Positions 13,701-27,612 of a DNA stretch of 64,000 nucleotides are shown in pieces. The stretch lies in the NCBI RefSeq assembly GCF_000181795.1, contig NW_003526941.1, forward strand, positions 10,763,478-10,827,477, given 5' to 3'. The first letter of the stretch is position 1; every line of letters begins with the position of its first letter. The translations under genes were made by a program, and so were the position numbers. The notes beneath the pieces were generated by a model, which saw only the letters and a list, made by a program, of their open reading frames with translations, searched no databases and was not told the origin of the DNA. Source of the stretch: Trichinella spiralis (lineage: Eukaryota).

Positions 13701-15653
13701 AAAATATCATTAACTTATAGTTGAATGAAGTTAGCGGTTCAAAAAAATGCTTGGAGTTAATAAAGAGAAAAGACTACAATTACACAACAACAACAACAAC
13801 AATTACTACTGCTAGTACAATAACATTGGAAATTGACCATTCACTACTGCTTTGATTTCCATTTTAAGTATAATCAGTTTGATTCAGAAAAATAAAAAGT
13901 AATGTTAACAAACAGCTTGACGTCTCTCCAATATGCAATATGCGATATGCATGCTAAAGCATGAAAAACTCTAATTTATAATATACAATAAATTTATTGA
14001 ATTTATGTGAAGCAATAAATTACTTTTCCAATATTATGATCGGTTTGCTGATTCAGAAAAAAATATTTACAAATAAATAAATTCATTTCAATATTGGTGA
14101 ATAAAAAAAATATGATCATCGCATGCTGCTGCTAAGAGTGCTATTTAAATTATCATCAGCTTGATTGATTGATCGACTGATTGATTGCATACATATATAT
14201 ATATCTTGTTGTTTTAATTCTTCTGTTAGAATCGTTGCTTTTTTTTACCGGTTGGATTTTTAAAAATATCTCAGACAGTATAAAATCAGTAATAGACATG
14301 GATGGTAACACATCCGTTGACGTCAGTAATATAAAAGTAAAGCAAAGAAAGTCAAGTAATAGTTGAAATAATAAGCAAAGCTGAAATAAGTGCACAGCAA
14401 CAAGAAGCACCGCGCAAACTGTGACAGACCTGGCATTCAAGATTAGCATGTTGTAAAAATGTTGATCAACGATGCCGCAAAAACAAACAAACAAACAAAC
14501 AAGTAAATAAATAAAAATACATATATATATATATATATATATGCATGTATGTGTGAAGAAAATCTATTTTCTAATTGCAGCGCATGCATGCAGACGGATA
14601 GTAAACAAGCAAATTTTCCCTGCTTCAAATCAATGTCAATCACATGCATGATGTGTGCGAAGAAAGCAAGGAGCAAGCAAATTTTTCTTTCCTTTTTTCT
14701 TCGAAATAACACATAATCAAATTTGTCCTGAACATATCCCCCCCTACGCTTACGGTGTAGAAGTGCAAAATATTGTTATTATGCGCGTTTCGTATAAATT
14801 TTTAATATTTGCGAAAATACATTCCAAAAAAAGACAATTTAAAACATAGAATTATGACATTTGTTCAAATGATTATTTTTGAAAAAAATCTTGATGATCA
14901 AACCTCACCTAAAACTAAATACTATACCCAACGGGGACTGAAAGCAGAAAATTGTAATTTGTTTAAAAAAATGAAACTTATCTATATTTTCACATGATAA
15001 AAAAGATGGATAAATTGAAAGTGGAAAATAAAAGTCCATTCCTATGAGCTATGAGCGTTGGTGGACCTGGTTCTCGTTGTAGTGAAAAGCGACAAAACGC
15101 CTACAAACATGGTGCCATATTGCACAATACAATTTTGCTCATTATTGTGTTATGCGCGTATTCATTAAACTGATCAATGTTTTTTTTTTAATTTTCATAA
15201 TGAAGAAGAAAGATGGAAAAGAATAAACAGAAATGGAAAAGTTAACAACCACTACAATTACATATTGGATCATCAATTTCAAAACTGTACTTATAAATAA
15301 TTCAACCATTTGACAACTAACCCATTACAAAAGAAACTGCGTCACCAAACTTATTAGTATTAATTTTGGTTTTTTGATTCATCTCAGAAGTGAAAAGTAA
15401 AAAATATTTTACCTGCAAATGTAGTGTGAGTGAACAATCTCCTGCTTTCCTCAGTGATTGGTGGTTTAACTGTTCAGCAAATGATATTGATCAAGAAAAA
15501 GAGTCGCTTCAAAAATGCTTCAATTTTATTTTACCAAATCTCCCTTTTGACAGTACCGTTCTCTGATTGGTTTCTAAAAATTCAAAAAAAGCAAAATAAT
15601 ACTCAAATTTTTTTCTGCCTTTTTCTTCAATCAAATTCCTCTTAACAAATTAT

Positions 15654-18600
15654 TTATTTACATGCCGATATTAATTTTATCATTTGCCCGTACGGCCCAG
15701 AAGGCATGTGAAGACCCCAGACGAAATCCAAGTGATCAGTTTCATTGTACAGATAACTGCCGAGAAGATTCGGCAACTCTGATTGCAAGTGAAGAACGTC
15801 CTTTTCGACGCTGAAAATATCATCAGATCCCCAATACAATGCTACTGGAAGTTTCACATTGCCGGCATGATATAGCGGAGGAGATATCTAAATGAATAAA
15901 GTAATAAGTAAATAAATTTGTTCTTTTGTTAAATTTCAATTATAAACTCACCTGACCATACTTTTTCAGGTTTCCAATTTTTCCAAAATCAAATTTTTGC
16001 ATTTGTCCGCTATTCATAAGCTATACAAATGAAATGTAATAATTAAAAATAAATAAATAAAATAATAATAATAATAATAATAAACAACCTGAAGATAATG
16101 AATTATGTTCATTGTTGACGACCCTGCAGGACTGTGCGAAAGATATACGGGAAGTCGACTCTATAAAAACGGATTATGCAACGATCAACGCGTAACAAAG
16201 TTTGTTTAGTTTAAATGTTTAAAAATATTGCAATGTTTTTTTTTCCTTAAAATTAAAAAAAATAAAAAATAAAATGGTAAATTGGTATTTTTTTAAACAT
16301 GATATTATATAAGTGCAAAAACTGCAACTGCATAATTTCATTTACAGTTTTTTTTCATTTTATTCAACTTTAATTTAAAATTTAAAAACCAGCGCTATAC
16401 GGAATAAAATTTCACTAAAGTCAGTAAACATTTTCAGTAATGATTGAAATTACTGCTAAAAGAAGTTTCAAAATATTCATTTAAAAAGATACAATTAATT
16501 CACAAATGCGATATGATTCATCATAAAAATAAGGCTTCAGTCAGAAATAAAATGAAAAAAATATTTTTTTTGTAATAAACTTTAGAGATATGAATTTATT
16601 ATTTGAAAAAATTCACTTCTCTGCACCAATGCTTTATTTCATTAACAATTCATTAGCGTTCAATCATTACTTGAGCATTCATTGTTCGCTCATCCATTTT
16701 CACCACTTAATACAATTAATTATTCCTCATTAATTTCAAACTGTTCTTTCATGTATGTAAAGAACATAAGTTAATTAATTATACTTTAGAATAAATAATG
16801 TAGAAATGAAAAGAAAAAAATATATATAATAATAAAAGAGAATATGCATAAACAAGAGCAAATCATAATAGAAGTTGCATGCATGCATGCATGTATTCGG
16901 TGATCAAAAGAAAAAAAAAAATTATCTCTAAAAGACTGAACACTTCAATATCAAAATGCTGATTTTGTTTAAACATAATACAAAACAATAAAGAGCAAAA
17001 TTAACAAATGCAACCTTTTCTCATTTAATATTTGAAGTGTTTTTTTTAATTAGATAAAAAATTTCATGAAAAACTCTTTGTATTACAATCAAATAAACTT
17101 TAAAAAGTCAATTGTGACAATAATAATTATTATTATTATAAAAATTTATCTTACGAATAAAATGCAAATTTATTATTTTCAAACGTAAGATGTGCTGAGT
17201 AGACAAAACTGCGTTTGAATAATGCTAACTTGAAAATATAAGTAAGATTATTTTTAAAAAAAAATAAACTTTTAAATAAAAGCTATCAAAAACTCGTTAA
17301 ATTTTCACTATTCAATGTTACTTTCAAAAATTTAAAATCAATTATCGTAATGTTTGTTGTTGCCAATTAAATTTTATAAATGTACCGTTTTACATATAAT
17401 GCTATGTTTGTAAATATAATTAAAAAATAAAAAATGAAATTTCTCGCTTACTGAATTTATGTGCTTGTAGTCGTAGCCGGCAATGAGTAGGATAATATTT
17501 TCACACAAGAATGCTGTTCTTCCTTTGCAAAGATTGCCACCAATTATTTGCAAAACTTTAGTTGATGGAAGAAATTCATAGCCACCGAATAATTCAATAA
17601 TGAACTAAATTAGAAATTTAAAATTAAAGAAAAAAAATGTAATGCTAAATTTCAAATAACAACATCCAGCCTCAGAATACTTTCATAATTCCAGATATTG
17701 GCGCGATGCTTTTGATGAAACTCGTCGTATTGCCAAGGTAAGCAACTGGCGCCAAAGCGTGAAATGTTCTGATCTGAAAATGAGCAAAAATGAAATGCAA
17801 ATTTGTAAATCCTTTGTACAGACAGAACATCTCTAGTTCACCCTAGTTTCGGCCCATGTTGGTTCTTCAGAAAATAAGATGAACCCAAGCAAAGAACCCT
17901 GCGAATGACCAGCGTAATGCAAAGCTTGTTTACCGGTCTTGTTGAATATGAAGTCAACTATAGCTTTGAGGTCGTATTTGGCCATTTCGTCAAAGCTGAA
18001 ACAAAGATAGAAAGAGAAAAAGAGGGAGAAAAAAAAACAATATATATATATATATACCTAAAAGTCCAAAACAATTTCGACGACGGATGCAGTGTTTTGT
18101 GCTGTCGTCCGTAAGTATTGCCTCTGACATTGCCCAGCCAAACGTCATAACCAGCATCAGATAATAAATATCCTGAATTCACATGCAAATTTTCAATGGT
18201 ACCATATTAGATAGCGTATGAAAATTTACCCAAGCTTTCGTTGTCAAAATTAATAACCCAGTCAACTGAAGATTGCAATAAGCCATGCTGAAGCAGTACT
18301 GGCTCTTTTCTGGCATCGGAAGTGTTTAATGTGTGTTTATCATTCGATATACTAAATATAATTATATATAATTATATATTTTCTAATACAATTCTCACCG
18401 ATGAATTCGCAAGATATAACCATCTTCTGTAACAACAGTGTGCTCTTCGCACAGATAACGTAGTAGACCTGCCATACCACACTAAATTATTTGATCTATT
18501 ATAAAATTTTAATCTCAAAAAGCGAATGCGATTTTCACCTACCGTATCTAAATAGGCTTCCGGTGGCATGTTCAGCTTCTGCTCTTTCACCGGCTGACTG

Positions 18601-18674
18601 ATCGTAGAGGATAAAATTCCAAACTTTCCAAGCAGCAGCAGTAGAAATTGCAATACAAAAATCCAAATTACCAT
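15654..18674 (-). CDS. Acid lipase (lysosomal/gastric lipase family, LIPA/lipl-like), secreted, ~408 aa, 10 exons
   Basis: Exons 18674-18543, 18481-18399, 18351-18230, 18172-18058, 17995-17842, 17773-17681, 17604-17452, 16160-16089, 16020-15952, 15887-15654. Signal peptide; [30 protein letters not shown]; catalytic GHSQG, WGSDD and DHLDFVWG intact. Confidence 0.95.
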
Positions 18675-21600
18675 TTTCTCTGACCAAAGCAGAAATTCAC
18701 CAGAACAAATTCATCGCTTTGCCTGGCAAAAGTTGGAAACTTTATTTAACACAGCTTCACAAAAGCAAACAGATAATTTTTCAATGAAACAACAACGCTG
18801 ACAATGCTTGACGACGTTGAACAACTAATAAATATGGTTAAAGTAAATTTTGTCAAGAACACACCTTGTTTGTCCGATGTGTTTCCCACTCGTTCAAAAG
18901 TGGCATGTTTTTTTATTCAAACAATACAGTCAAAATTTATAAAATATGCAAACAGAAAATTGCAACAAAATGCCGACAAATAAGTTTAAGTGAATAAAGA
19001 AAATGATAAAATTTTAAAATAAACAATTTTGAACAAAACAACCATTTCAAACTGTTAATAGATCAAAATAATAACCGTGTGTCAACCAACATGTGAAAAT
19101 ACTAGAATTCGGTTTATACTTTTTACAGAATTACTCATTTTTGTCCATTTTCAGATTAATTATTCAATAAATATTACTTGTAAAGTGATAACATTTGAAT
19201 TGATTGACCATTTTCACAGTACAATTTAGTACTTTTACAAGAAATAAATTGAAGTAAATATTTCAAATATTGCAATGAAAGTTGTGATAATTGATTGTAA
19301 ACAGTTAACACAACAAAACAATCGAAAACAACGAAAGTACAAAACATAATAAAGAACAATGAATATTTGAAATATTTTGAACAAAATTGGAAACAAATAA
19401 CACCATTTAAGGACCAATGACATGTGGCACAATTGATCACAGTATACTTAAAAAACTGAAAGTATTAATTAATGTAATACAGTATAAAAATTAGTATATA
19501 ATTTTATATTGTTACATTGTGCAATGATCAATATGTTGATATTTGATAATTGTTTGATGAATATAAAATTATAATGAAATTGACAAATTGACATTTTTTC
19601 GTATGCGCGTTGTTTGAATGTGCAACAGTATTCATAGCAGAGCTGTGCTATTCTATTTGACGAAAAATAATGGAAAAATGAAGAAAATTCAAGTCACCGT
19701 GTGCATCGTTCGTGCGTTGAACAAAATAAATAAATAAATTTATTGTTCTAAAACCTGACTGACAGTGATCGGCGTTGTATTTTGATAATGTTTAATTCTT
19801 GTGGGTCTGCGACGCCGTTGAGGGGTTGGTTCCGCGTGGAGGATTCGTTCTTTTATTTCTTCCTCTATTTTTTTTGGGTTTTCAATTTCAATTTTCAATT
19901 CACTTCTGTCCATCATTGTTCACTTTAATTTGAACGTTTTGTCACTTTGGCAAAGGGAAAATTAAATAACCAATCTATCTATAGTCAAGGTGACAGCATG
20001 CTGAAGCTTGAAGAATTACTGACTCACTGGTGTGACATTTCAATATTGGCCGATTGATTTTGTTCTGCCAGCCACCTGGGAAACGAGCAGCAACGACAAC
20101 GACTTTCGGCCAATTTTCATACTCGTAAATTGTTTAAGACCGTGTTCACTGGCTTGTCCTATCCTTTCTTTTCCCTCATCCAAAACTTTGCCACTTTCAA
20201 GAAAACAAATATTTAAATAAAAACAAATTGAATAGATTATTACGAAAGAAAAATCCAATTATTATAAGGTTACATTTTTATTATAATGTATAATAATAAA
20301 AGTTTTAATGTTGTCTTTTCACTGTTTCATGATGATTTTCACATATACATATATACAACACGTTCAAATTATCAATTTCCAATAACAAATAATTGAAAAT
20401 TTTCAATTAAATGAATGAATGAATTAATTAATTAATTTGAATGAATGAATGAATGAAACGATGAAATGTATAAAATGATAAAAGTGAATGAATTGGTATT
20501 ATGCATGTGTGGGTTTCAGTTGGAAATCTGTATAAAACTTTGTTGGCAATTTTTCCAAATCAATGCAAAAATCTTTCAATTGAAAAGAGAGACAATACGT
20601 CAATCAAAAACACGTCTTTGCTTATCTCAGACCAGCATCGTCTTGTCTATAAACTATTAAACTAAGCTATTCCAAGCAACCTTGTCAAATAGGCTGTCAA
20701 TGCTGCTGTTACAATTTTGAGCATTTTTGTATGCAAAATAAAAAGTTATTACAAATTTAGCAAAACTTGGACCAACTGTGATGTGATTTATACTACAGAA
20801 TGCTCACGTGACAAGCATCATCTGCTGTTGAAAGTATTAAAAAATTATCATCATCAAAAAAAAAAAGAAGAACTTTCTTCACTCGACAACAGCACAGCTT
20901 ATTTCCTCCTGTTGAAGAGCAAAAAGTTCAAAAAAAAAACATTTTTAAGAAATTATTTTTAATAAACAAATAAATAAAACTTTTGATTTGTATTGATATT
21001 TTCATTTTGTTAAAAATTGTTTACGAATTTATGAGCTTTGTGATTGATTTATTCCACTACCTGATCTCCGCACCTTTGCTGCTTTCCGGTAGCTTATAAG
21101 ATAAGGAAAAAGCAAATTATATTACAAACAACATCCGGGTCTGTGTGTGCTTGTTGGATATTTTGACAAAATCAGAGAAAGAAAAAAAGAGGAAGAGAAG
21201 GTGAAATGAGTTAAAGCAGAAAACAATTTTTTTTAATTATTCAATAATAATAATACTCAAAGAACAACCATCGAGAAATGGGCTTAATTTGAAATTTAAG
21301 CTACCCAATTTTTGGAAGCTAAACTAACACGGCGCCGGTGAAACTAACAGTTGTGAAAGAACAACTTTTGTCTGCTTGTGGTGAATTTGCTCGCCTATGA
21401 CCAACGATGCGAGGAACATAAATCACTAATAGCTGCAAGCTGCCATTATTATTATTATTAAGCTATGAAATCAACGCTTTTCCTACGGGGAAGTGTTTGT
21501 TGTTTATTGGTGTTTACTTTTGTTTTTTTATTCTTTCATTCCTCTCAACTCAACGCCTAAATCTATGTAGTACAAAATTCAGCAGGCACTTTTATTTTTC

Positions 21601-24600
21601 AATAAACGATTTTCATTTATCGTCTACTCAATCAGCTTAATAATCTTAGCCAGACGCAGATCGGAGGAAATCCACGCATCGGCTGTATAATCCAATCCGA
21701 CGACAACTGAGGTGCACAAGCCACCGGACTGACCTTCACCAGCCGGTGGTTGTTGGTCAAAAGCCCGTATGCCTGCCGCTAATCGCTCGTAATTCTAGCC
21801 GAGCTTTTGCCAACTAGCGACTCCAATTTCACTCAACCTCTCTGTATATTTACAAATGTGGTGGTCGCGTGCAGCAATAATTCACTTGAACGCTTATTAC
21901 CTGACATATGCATTAATTGTCTGTTTCCTCTTCTCTCTCTTTTTTTTCAGAAAATACAACGAGAAAACAAACTTGACAATTATTCAAATTTAACAATGAT
22001 AAGGTAAGCTGAAAAAGCTCGTTCATATTTTGTTAAATTGTAAACAAAAATTTCACTCGTCCAATTTTGAATACAAAATAACATTACTGTTGATATTTCT
22101 TTTAAAATCTTATTTTCCATTTTTTTTGATGTTATTCCTTTTTTTAACATTTGCAATATATGCAACAGAACTTCTAACTGTACTAATATAGCAATGTAAG
22201 CAATTTTTTCTGATGCAATTTTTGAAATGTAAAATTTGAAATTTTTTTCTTCAATGCTGAAAGTTGAAAGACTCGAAATCAATTGCAAACAAAGCCTAAG
22301 CAACAAATCAAAAGTAGATAACAAAGAGAAAAAAAAACACGAAGCAAAAGCAAAAAGAAAAAAAAAGAATAGCAAGTAAGTAAGCTCGGTCATTTCGTGC
22401 TTTTCAACTTCGTCCACGAAATGCTGTTTAATTTTTAATAATTTTTTAAACTATAACTAAAATAACTATTAAAAAAAATAAACTGATAATTTGATGATAT
22501 TTGAAAGAGAAAAAAAAAGATTTTCATCGTGTAAAATATTCAACCACACTGCTGACACCACATGCAATATCTTGTGAATAAATAAATAAATAAGCTTAAT
22601 AAACGTTTAAAAATTGTGCAAATTTTTAGCTATTTTTTTTCTTTTAATTCGACTTGGTGGTATGTGGAAGTTGTTGAAAATGAAATAAATTTTATATAAT
22701 TCGAGCCTTGATATTTAAAGAAAGCATAATATTTTGTGAATAATAATCATCACATGAATGTTAATAGTAAAGAGAAAAAGTAGATAGATTGAAAAAAAAA
22801 TCATGTTTGCAAAATCTGCTGCAAACTGCGGATGATGAAAATTCGAATAAATTTTTCAAACTGACATTGGTAAAATTGCTAGTGAAGAGAGTGAAAAGAA
22901 AGAAAAAACAAAATAACACACATAAATTATAATACGTATGAGAAGGATGGAATAACTTCAGCTTTATTGAAATAAATTCAATTTTTCTCGGCTAAAAAGA
23001 GTGAAGCTTTCAAAGAAAATTTTCAAATTTTATCTTCACCATAGTAGGAGAGAAATAGAAGAACTTTTTGCACGCACAATTTTCAACAACCCCCTCCCTT
23101 GAAATGTGTGTGAAGATGGATTTCATATAAATTCTACATTTAAATTTTATTAAAAGTTGTCGTTTTATTTTTCAGCATTTCACAAAAGAAAAATGATCAT
23201 ATAATAAATAATTTTTCCATCTGCGTATTAATAATATTATTGTTGCATAATGACTGTGCACTAAGTCAGTAATTGTTACGATGAACAGAGAAGGAAATTT
23301 TATTAATTTTCGTAAAACACACCAAAACGTTCCCAATTCAGTGTTGAATTGAATTTCAAATTCTGCTGATAAAAATGTACTTTTTCTTAAAGCACCTGTC
23401 TATCCGAGAAAGAGAGATTTGAAATTTCATCTTCACCTTACTTTATTTTGTCTAATTCAACAAAGCATCTGCATTTTTAGCATTAAAAACAACAACAACA
23501 AATTTTTATTGCAATAAATTCCCACTCTGTACCTCTCTCTCCCACCCTATCAATCTCTTTCTCTGTCAACAATCCCATAGCCAAAACAAGCATCTATTTA
23601 TTTGTTTTCTTTTCAAAAAAAATTAAAAATCAAAATAGTTAAATTTCAAAAAAAAATTTACGTGCATTTACTTATATAATTACACTAACTGCTGCTGCAG
23701 AGGTAGAAAAATACACTGGTTGCTAAGCTGGTTGTTCAACGTATCATTATTAATAATCTAATGGTGATACAAGTATGACGAATGTATGAAAATTATCATC
23801 TGGTACGAAATTGTTCGTTCAGTTAATCAAGTAAGAAACAAATAAAACACAAAATTTTCTTGTTCTGAAAAATCCCCATCATAGCATGCTTGTTATATAT
23901 ATATGGCAAAAAATGATGAACACTGATTGATCAAAACTAAACCCAACACATATCCCTGCGTGCAGGGTGAAAATTTCAGTCAAAATCTCAAGTTGGAAGA
24001 GAAGAGAAAATTGTACGGAGGTGGGGTATACACACACATACACACACACACAGGTCGTGGCAGGGGGTGGGATATTGTTTTCTTATTGTTTATTTTTAGT
24101 TAATGTTTTTTTTCTTCTCGTCTGTTCTCCTCCAATGACCGGAAGGAAGATTGTTTAGCTAAAAGCGGCCGTGATTTGACGTGTTGTTTTTGTCGACCAC
24201 TGGAGTCTAAAATTGTCAGTTAGTAGAGACAGATGGCGTCGGTTGGCGATCAATTGCTAGAAGACCTCGATTGGCCGTGACCGTGATGCTTCACGAAATG
24301 GACTCGGCTCCACCACACCTACGTCGGCTCGGCTGTTCGTCGATTGTCGTCTAATGAGGCGATCTGGAGATGCCGCCCCTATGAAAACCCACAGACGGCC
24401 ATGATACCCAGGGATTGTATTGTACTGTATTGTATTCAACCGGTTAAACGCATTACGCTTCCAAACGCATAACCTCGTCTGTTGTTTGGACTTGTCACCA
24501 CCTGCTCGACATTGTCCAGCGTTGGTTGTCAACTTCAGCACTGATATTACCACACAACAAGCCCCTAAGATTTCAGCCTTCAGATGTTGTTTGCTGCTTC

Positions 24601-27583
24601 ACACCTCGACCGGCCAGCTAATTTCCACCACCGTCCAGTCGAGTCGTCCGTGTCCATCTGCGACGGCTACCGCCCGCCGCTTTGACCGGCTTTATTGGCA
24701 CTCTCGACCCGCCTGGATCAGCGCGTTCAGACTCTTCATCTTCTCGGCCCGTATCCTCAACTGACCTTGCTCTGACGTGCACGCACCAGCACCTGCCCTT
24801 TGTCGTCGATTAATAGTCGACCAACGGCGCCAGCTGCCCGTCCTTACCTGACCGTTTTCAGAATTATGTCAGGAGATTGGCTCTTAATCGGGGTCGTTTG
24901 GTTCATTTGAAATCCAAATCCACTGATTTCAATCACCGGCAATCCAATTAGCCCGTACGCAATATCCAGCGCATCAATAAACCGCTTCATCCGCTTAAAA
25001 CTTACCCGACCACCACCACCGCAGACTAGGCTATTTATTCATTCATTCACTGTACGTCTTTTTGCTGCTGAACGTTTTTTGTTTTCATATTTTCATAGAT
25101 TTATTTTTGTGAATAGTTTTTATCTTTCCAATCTGTTGCTGAAATTTCTTGATTTTTTCAACAGGCTCGTCACAAGATGCGTTTTTCTTTCGACAAAAGC
25201 AGATTCTTATCGACACAGACCAAATGGATACAAGTTGAACAAAAGGAGCGGTAAGTAGTGTAAACAAAATTTCGTAAAAGCAATGTCGCAGGGAAAAGGG
25301 AAAATCAACGGCAAAAGCTTCGTCCATCAAATATGCTCAGTATTTGTTTGGCTTTCAACAATTTTACATAAACATCATCATTATTGTTGAAAAACTGAGA
25401 AGAAAGAAAAAAAAAATAAAGTTAAAAATTCCCTACCAAGCTGCAAAAGCACAAGATTACTGTTGAATGAAAATTTAAAAAAAAACAAACTTTTCCTTCA
25501 AAAAAACAGAACCTTACAAAACATGTAAACTTATTTGTTTTTTTTTTCTTATAGTATGCTTTTTGGAAAGTCGTCGGATATTTTATAATAGTTGTATGTT
25601 AATTATTTGGAATGTGGTTGGTTGTCAAGATATTGAAACGAAATTTCAATGTTTCGATGTGACGACCAATTGGATGGAAAAAAAGAAGCAGAAGTATCAT
25701 CATCATCATCAGAAATGATAAATACGCGCTGCTACCCTACGGGATACTGAGTCGACATTATTCAATTTCGCGAGAGAAACTGTAAAGCAGCAACAACTGC
25801 AAAAGGATGAGAAGAAGAGAAAGAAGAATTTAGCCGTCGTATGTAAAAAGAAGAAAATTGCTGTGGTTCAAACAAAGCAATAGAAAGAGAGAAAGGCTGT
25901 TTTATCTGAATAAAAAGGTAAGATTGAATGGATTGATTTTGCACAAAAAATTCGAATAGACATTTTCAACATGCAGATGGATGCAAGTAGTAGGTGAAAG
26001 TTTTCCTTGAAACAAAAAGAATACGCATGCTTAAATGATGAAATAATAAAAAGCAAAAAGCACTTTTAAAAAACCGTGAAACACGAACGGAGAACATCTG
26101 CAATTGGCAGATTGAATTCATTTTTCTGACCTTCAAAATCTTTTTGTCAGCGGTATCAGTTGAACAAATTATACGATAACTATGTACAGTGAATAAATTG
26201 TAAAAATGGAAAAATGAATCAAACAATAACTAACTTTTCATAATCAAAATAAAGTAAGTGTCTTTTAATTTCCCCATCGAAATTCAAAGATTATTTAAAT
26301 TTTTTTGCGTTATAGATTTTTTCTCTTTGTGTGTGTGTGTGCGAATGAAACAACAAATAAGCCGAAAAGCGTTTTGTAAAGTAAAAAAGAGACAAAGATG
26401 AAGAAGATTCGACAAAAAGTTATTTGTGTATGTTTGTTTATTTGTTTGTATTCCTCAAACCCATATTATAATTTTTTTTGAAGCGGATAAATGACAAGTA
26501 CTATCGAATAGAGATGTTGGTTTTGTAAAAAAAAATAGCTGTCGTTACGTTGTTACCTTGTACCTATGTAAAAGTAGATTGAATTCGATTTTCCGAATAT
26601 CATTGATCGAACAGGATGATTGGTAAGTGCTTTTGTGTTTGTGTTCAGACTAGGGTCAAAAGTTCCGCCCAACCCGATTATACTATACAATACACTAGTC
26701 AACTCCGCCCACATGAAGAAACCATACGGCGGTGTTCGAAAACACGTAGCAGCTTTTTTTCCCTTTCCACTTTCGCTGACTAAGCGAGAAAAAAACAAGA
26801 AAAAAAAGAAGAAAAAAAGTTGCCCATGCAAGCAAGCTTGTTGTTGATTATATTAGTTAGCAGCGCCGATTTAGAAATATGAACCATTCGTTGGATATTA
26901 TTCAGCTTTGCAATTTTTCTCTCAACTTCCTGGTACTGTTAAAGCAAAGTGTGACGTGTACTTTCATTTCCATCCTTCCCCCCTCCCCCCATTTCTTCAC
27001 ACCTCTGATCGAGCGCTATTTTCGCTTTTTGCCATTTACTACTCTTTTTCCCTTTGTCTTTCAGCTGGACTTTGTCTGCAAAACTTCATTGACCAATGGG
27101 AAAGTAGAAAAAACAACAGTTGCCATAACGTGAGCTAAAAGAGCGCAAAATTGTTATTGAAGCGAATTTCGTGCGCGGTGTACGATAGCGTCATCAGTTT
27201 TGGCAAAAGACAGGACAAAAACTGTGCAATGGAAAATGTTGTTGATGCTGCTGCTGCTGCTGCTGATGATGATGATGAAGTGTTGAATAGACACGCACCA
27301 ATGCCGACAAACGGTTGGAATATTGGAAACAAGCGAGGTGAGTGAGATGTTGACAGCGGTAGATTCGTGCGAAAATTGGAAATTCAGTCCAATTTCGATG
27401 TCGACAGTATATAGATAGATATAGAGCAGCAGAAAGTTGGCTCGTGTCGAACGGGATGCGCTATTGGCTGTGGAAACGTACTACTGCCACTCCAGAGGCC
27501 AATAAAAGCAGACGTGCGCTTCCAATTTCCATCGTCCGTTGTCCACTTGTGGTAGTCTACGTCTACGGCCGTTAGTTAGTCTA

Positions 27584-27612
27584 TCCATCCATCCATCCAT
27601 CCATCCATCCAT
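27584..27612. repeat. (TCCA)n microsatellite
   Basis: Visible directly in the sequence. Confidence 0.9.

Noticed and set aside
18718..18730. Palindrome TTTGCC-T-GGCAAA upstream of the lipase ATG as an X-box
   Set aside because: Lacks the GT...AC ends needed for RFX binding. No factor could be assigned.
21719..21750. Hairpin CCACCGG...CCGGTGG as a miRNA precursor
   Set aside because: Stem of about 9 bp is far too short for a pre-miRNA.
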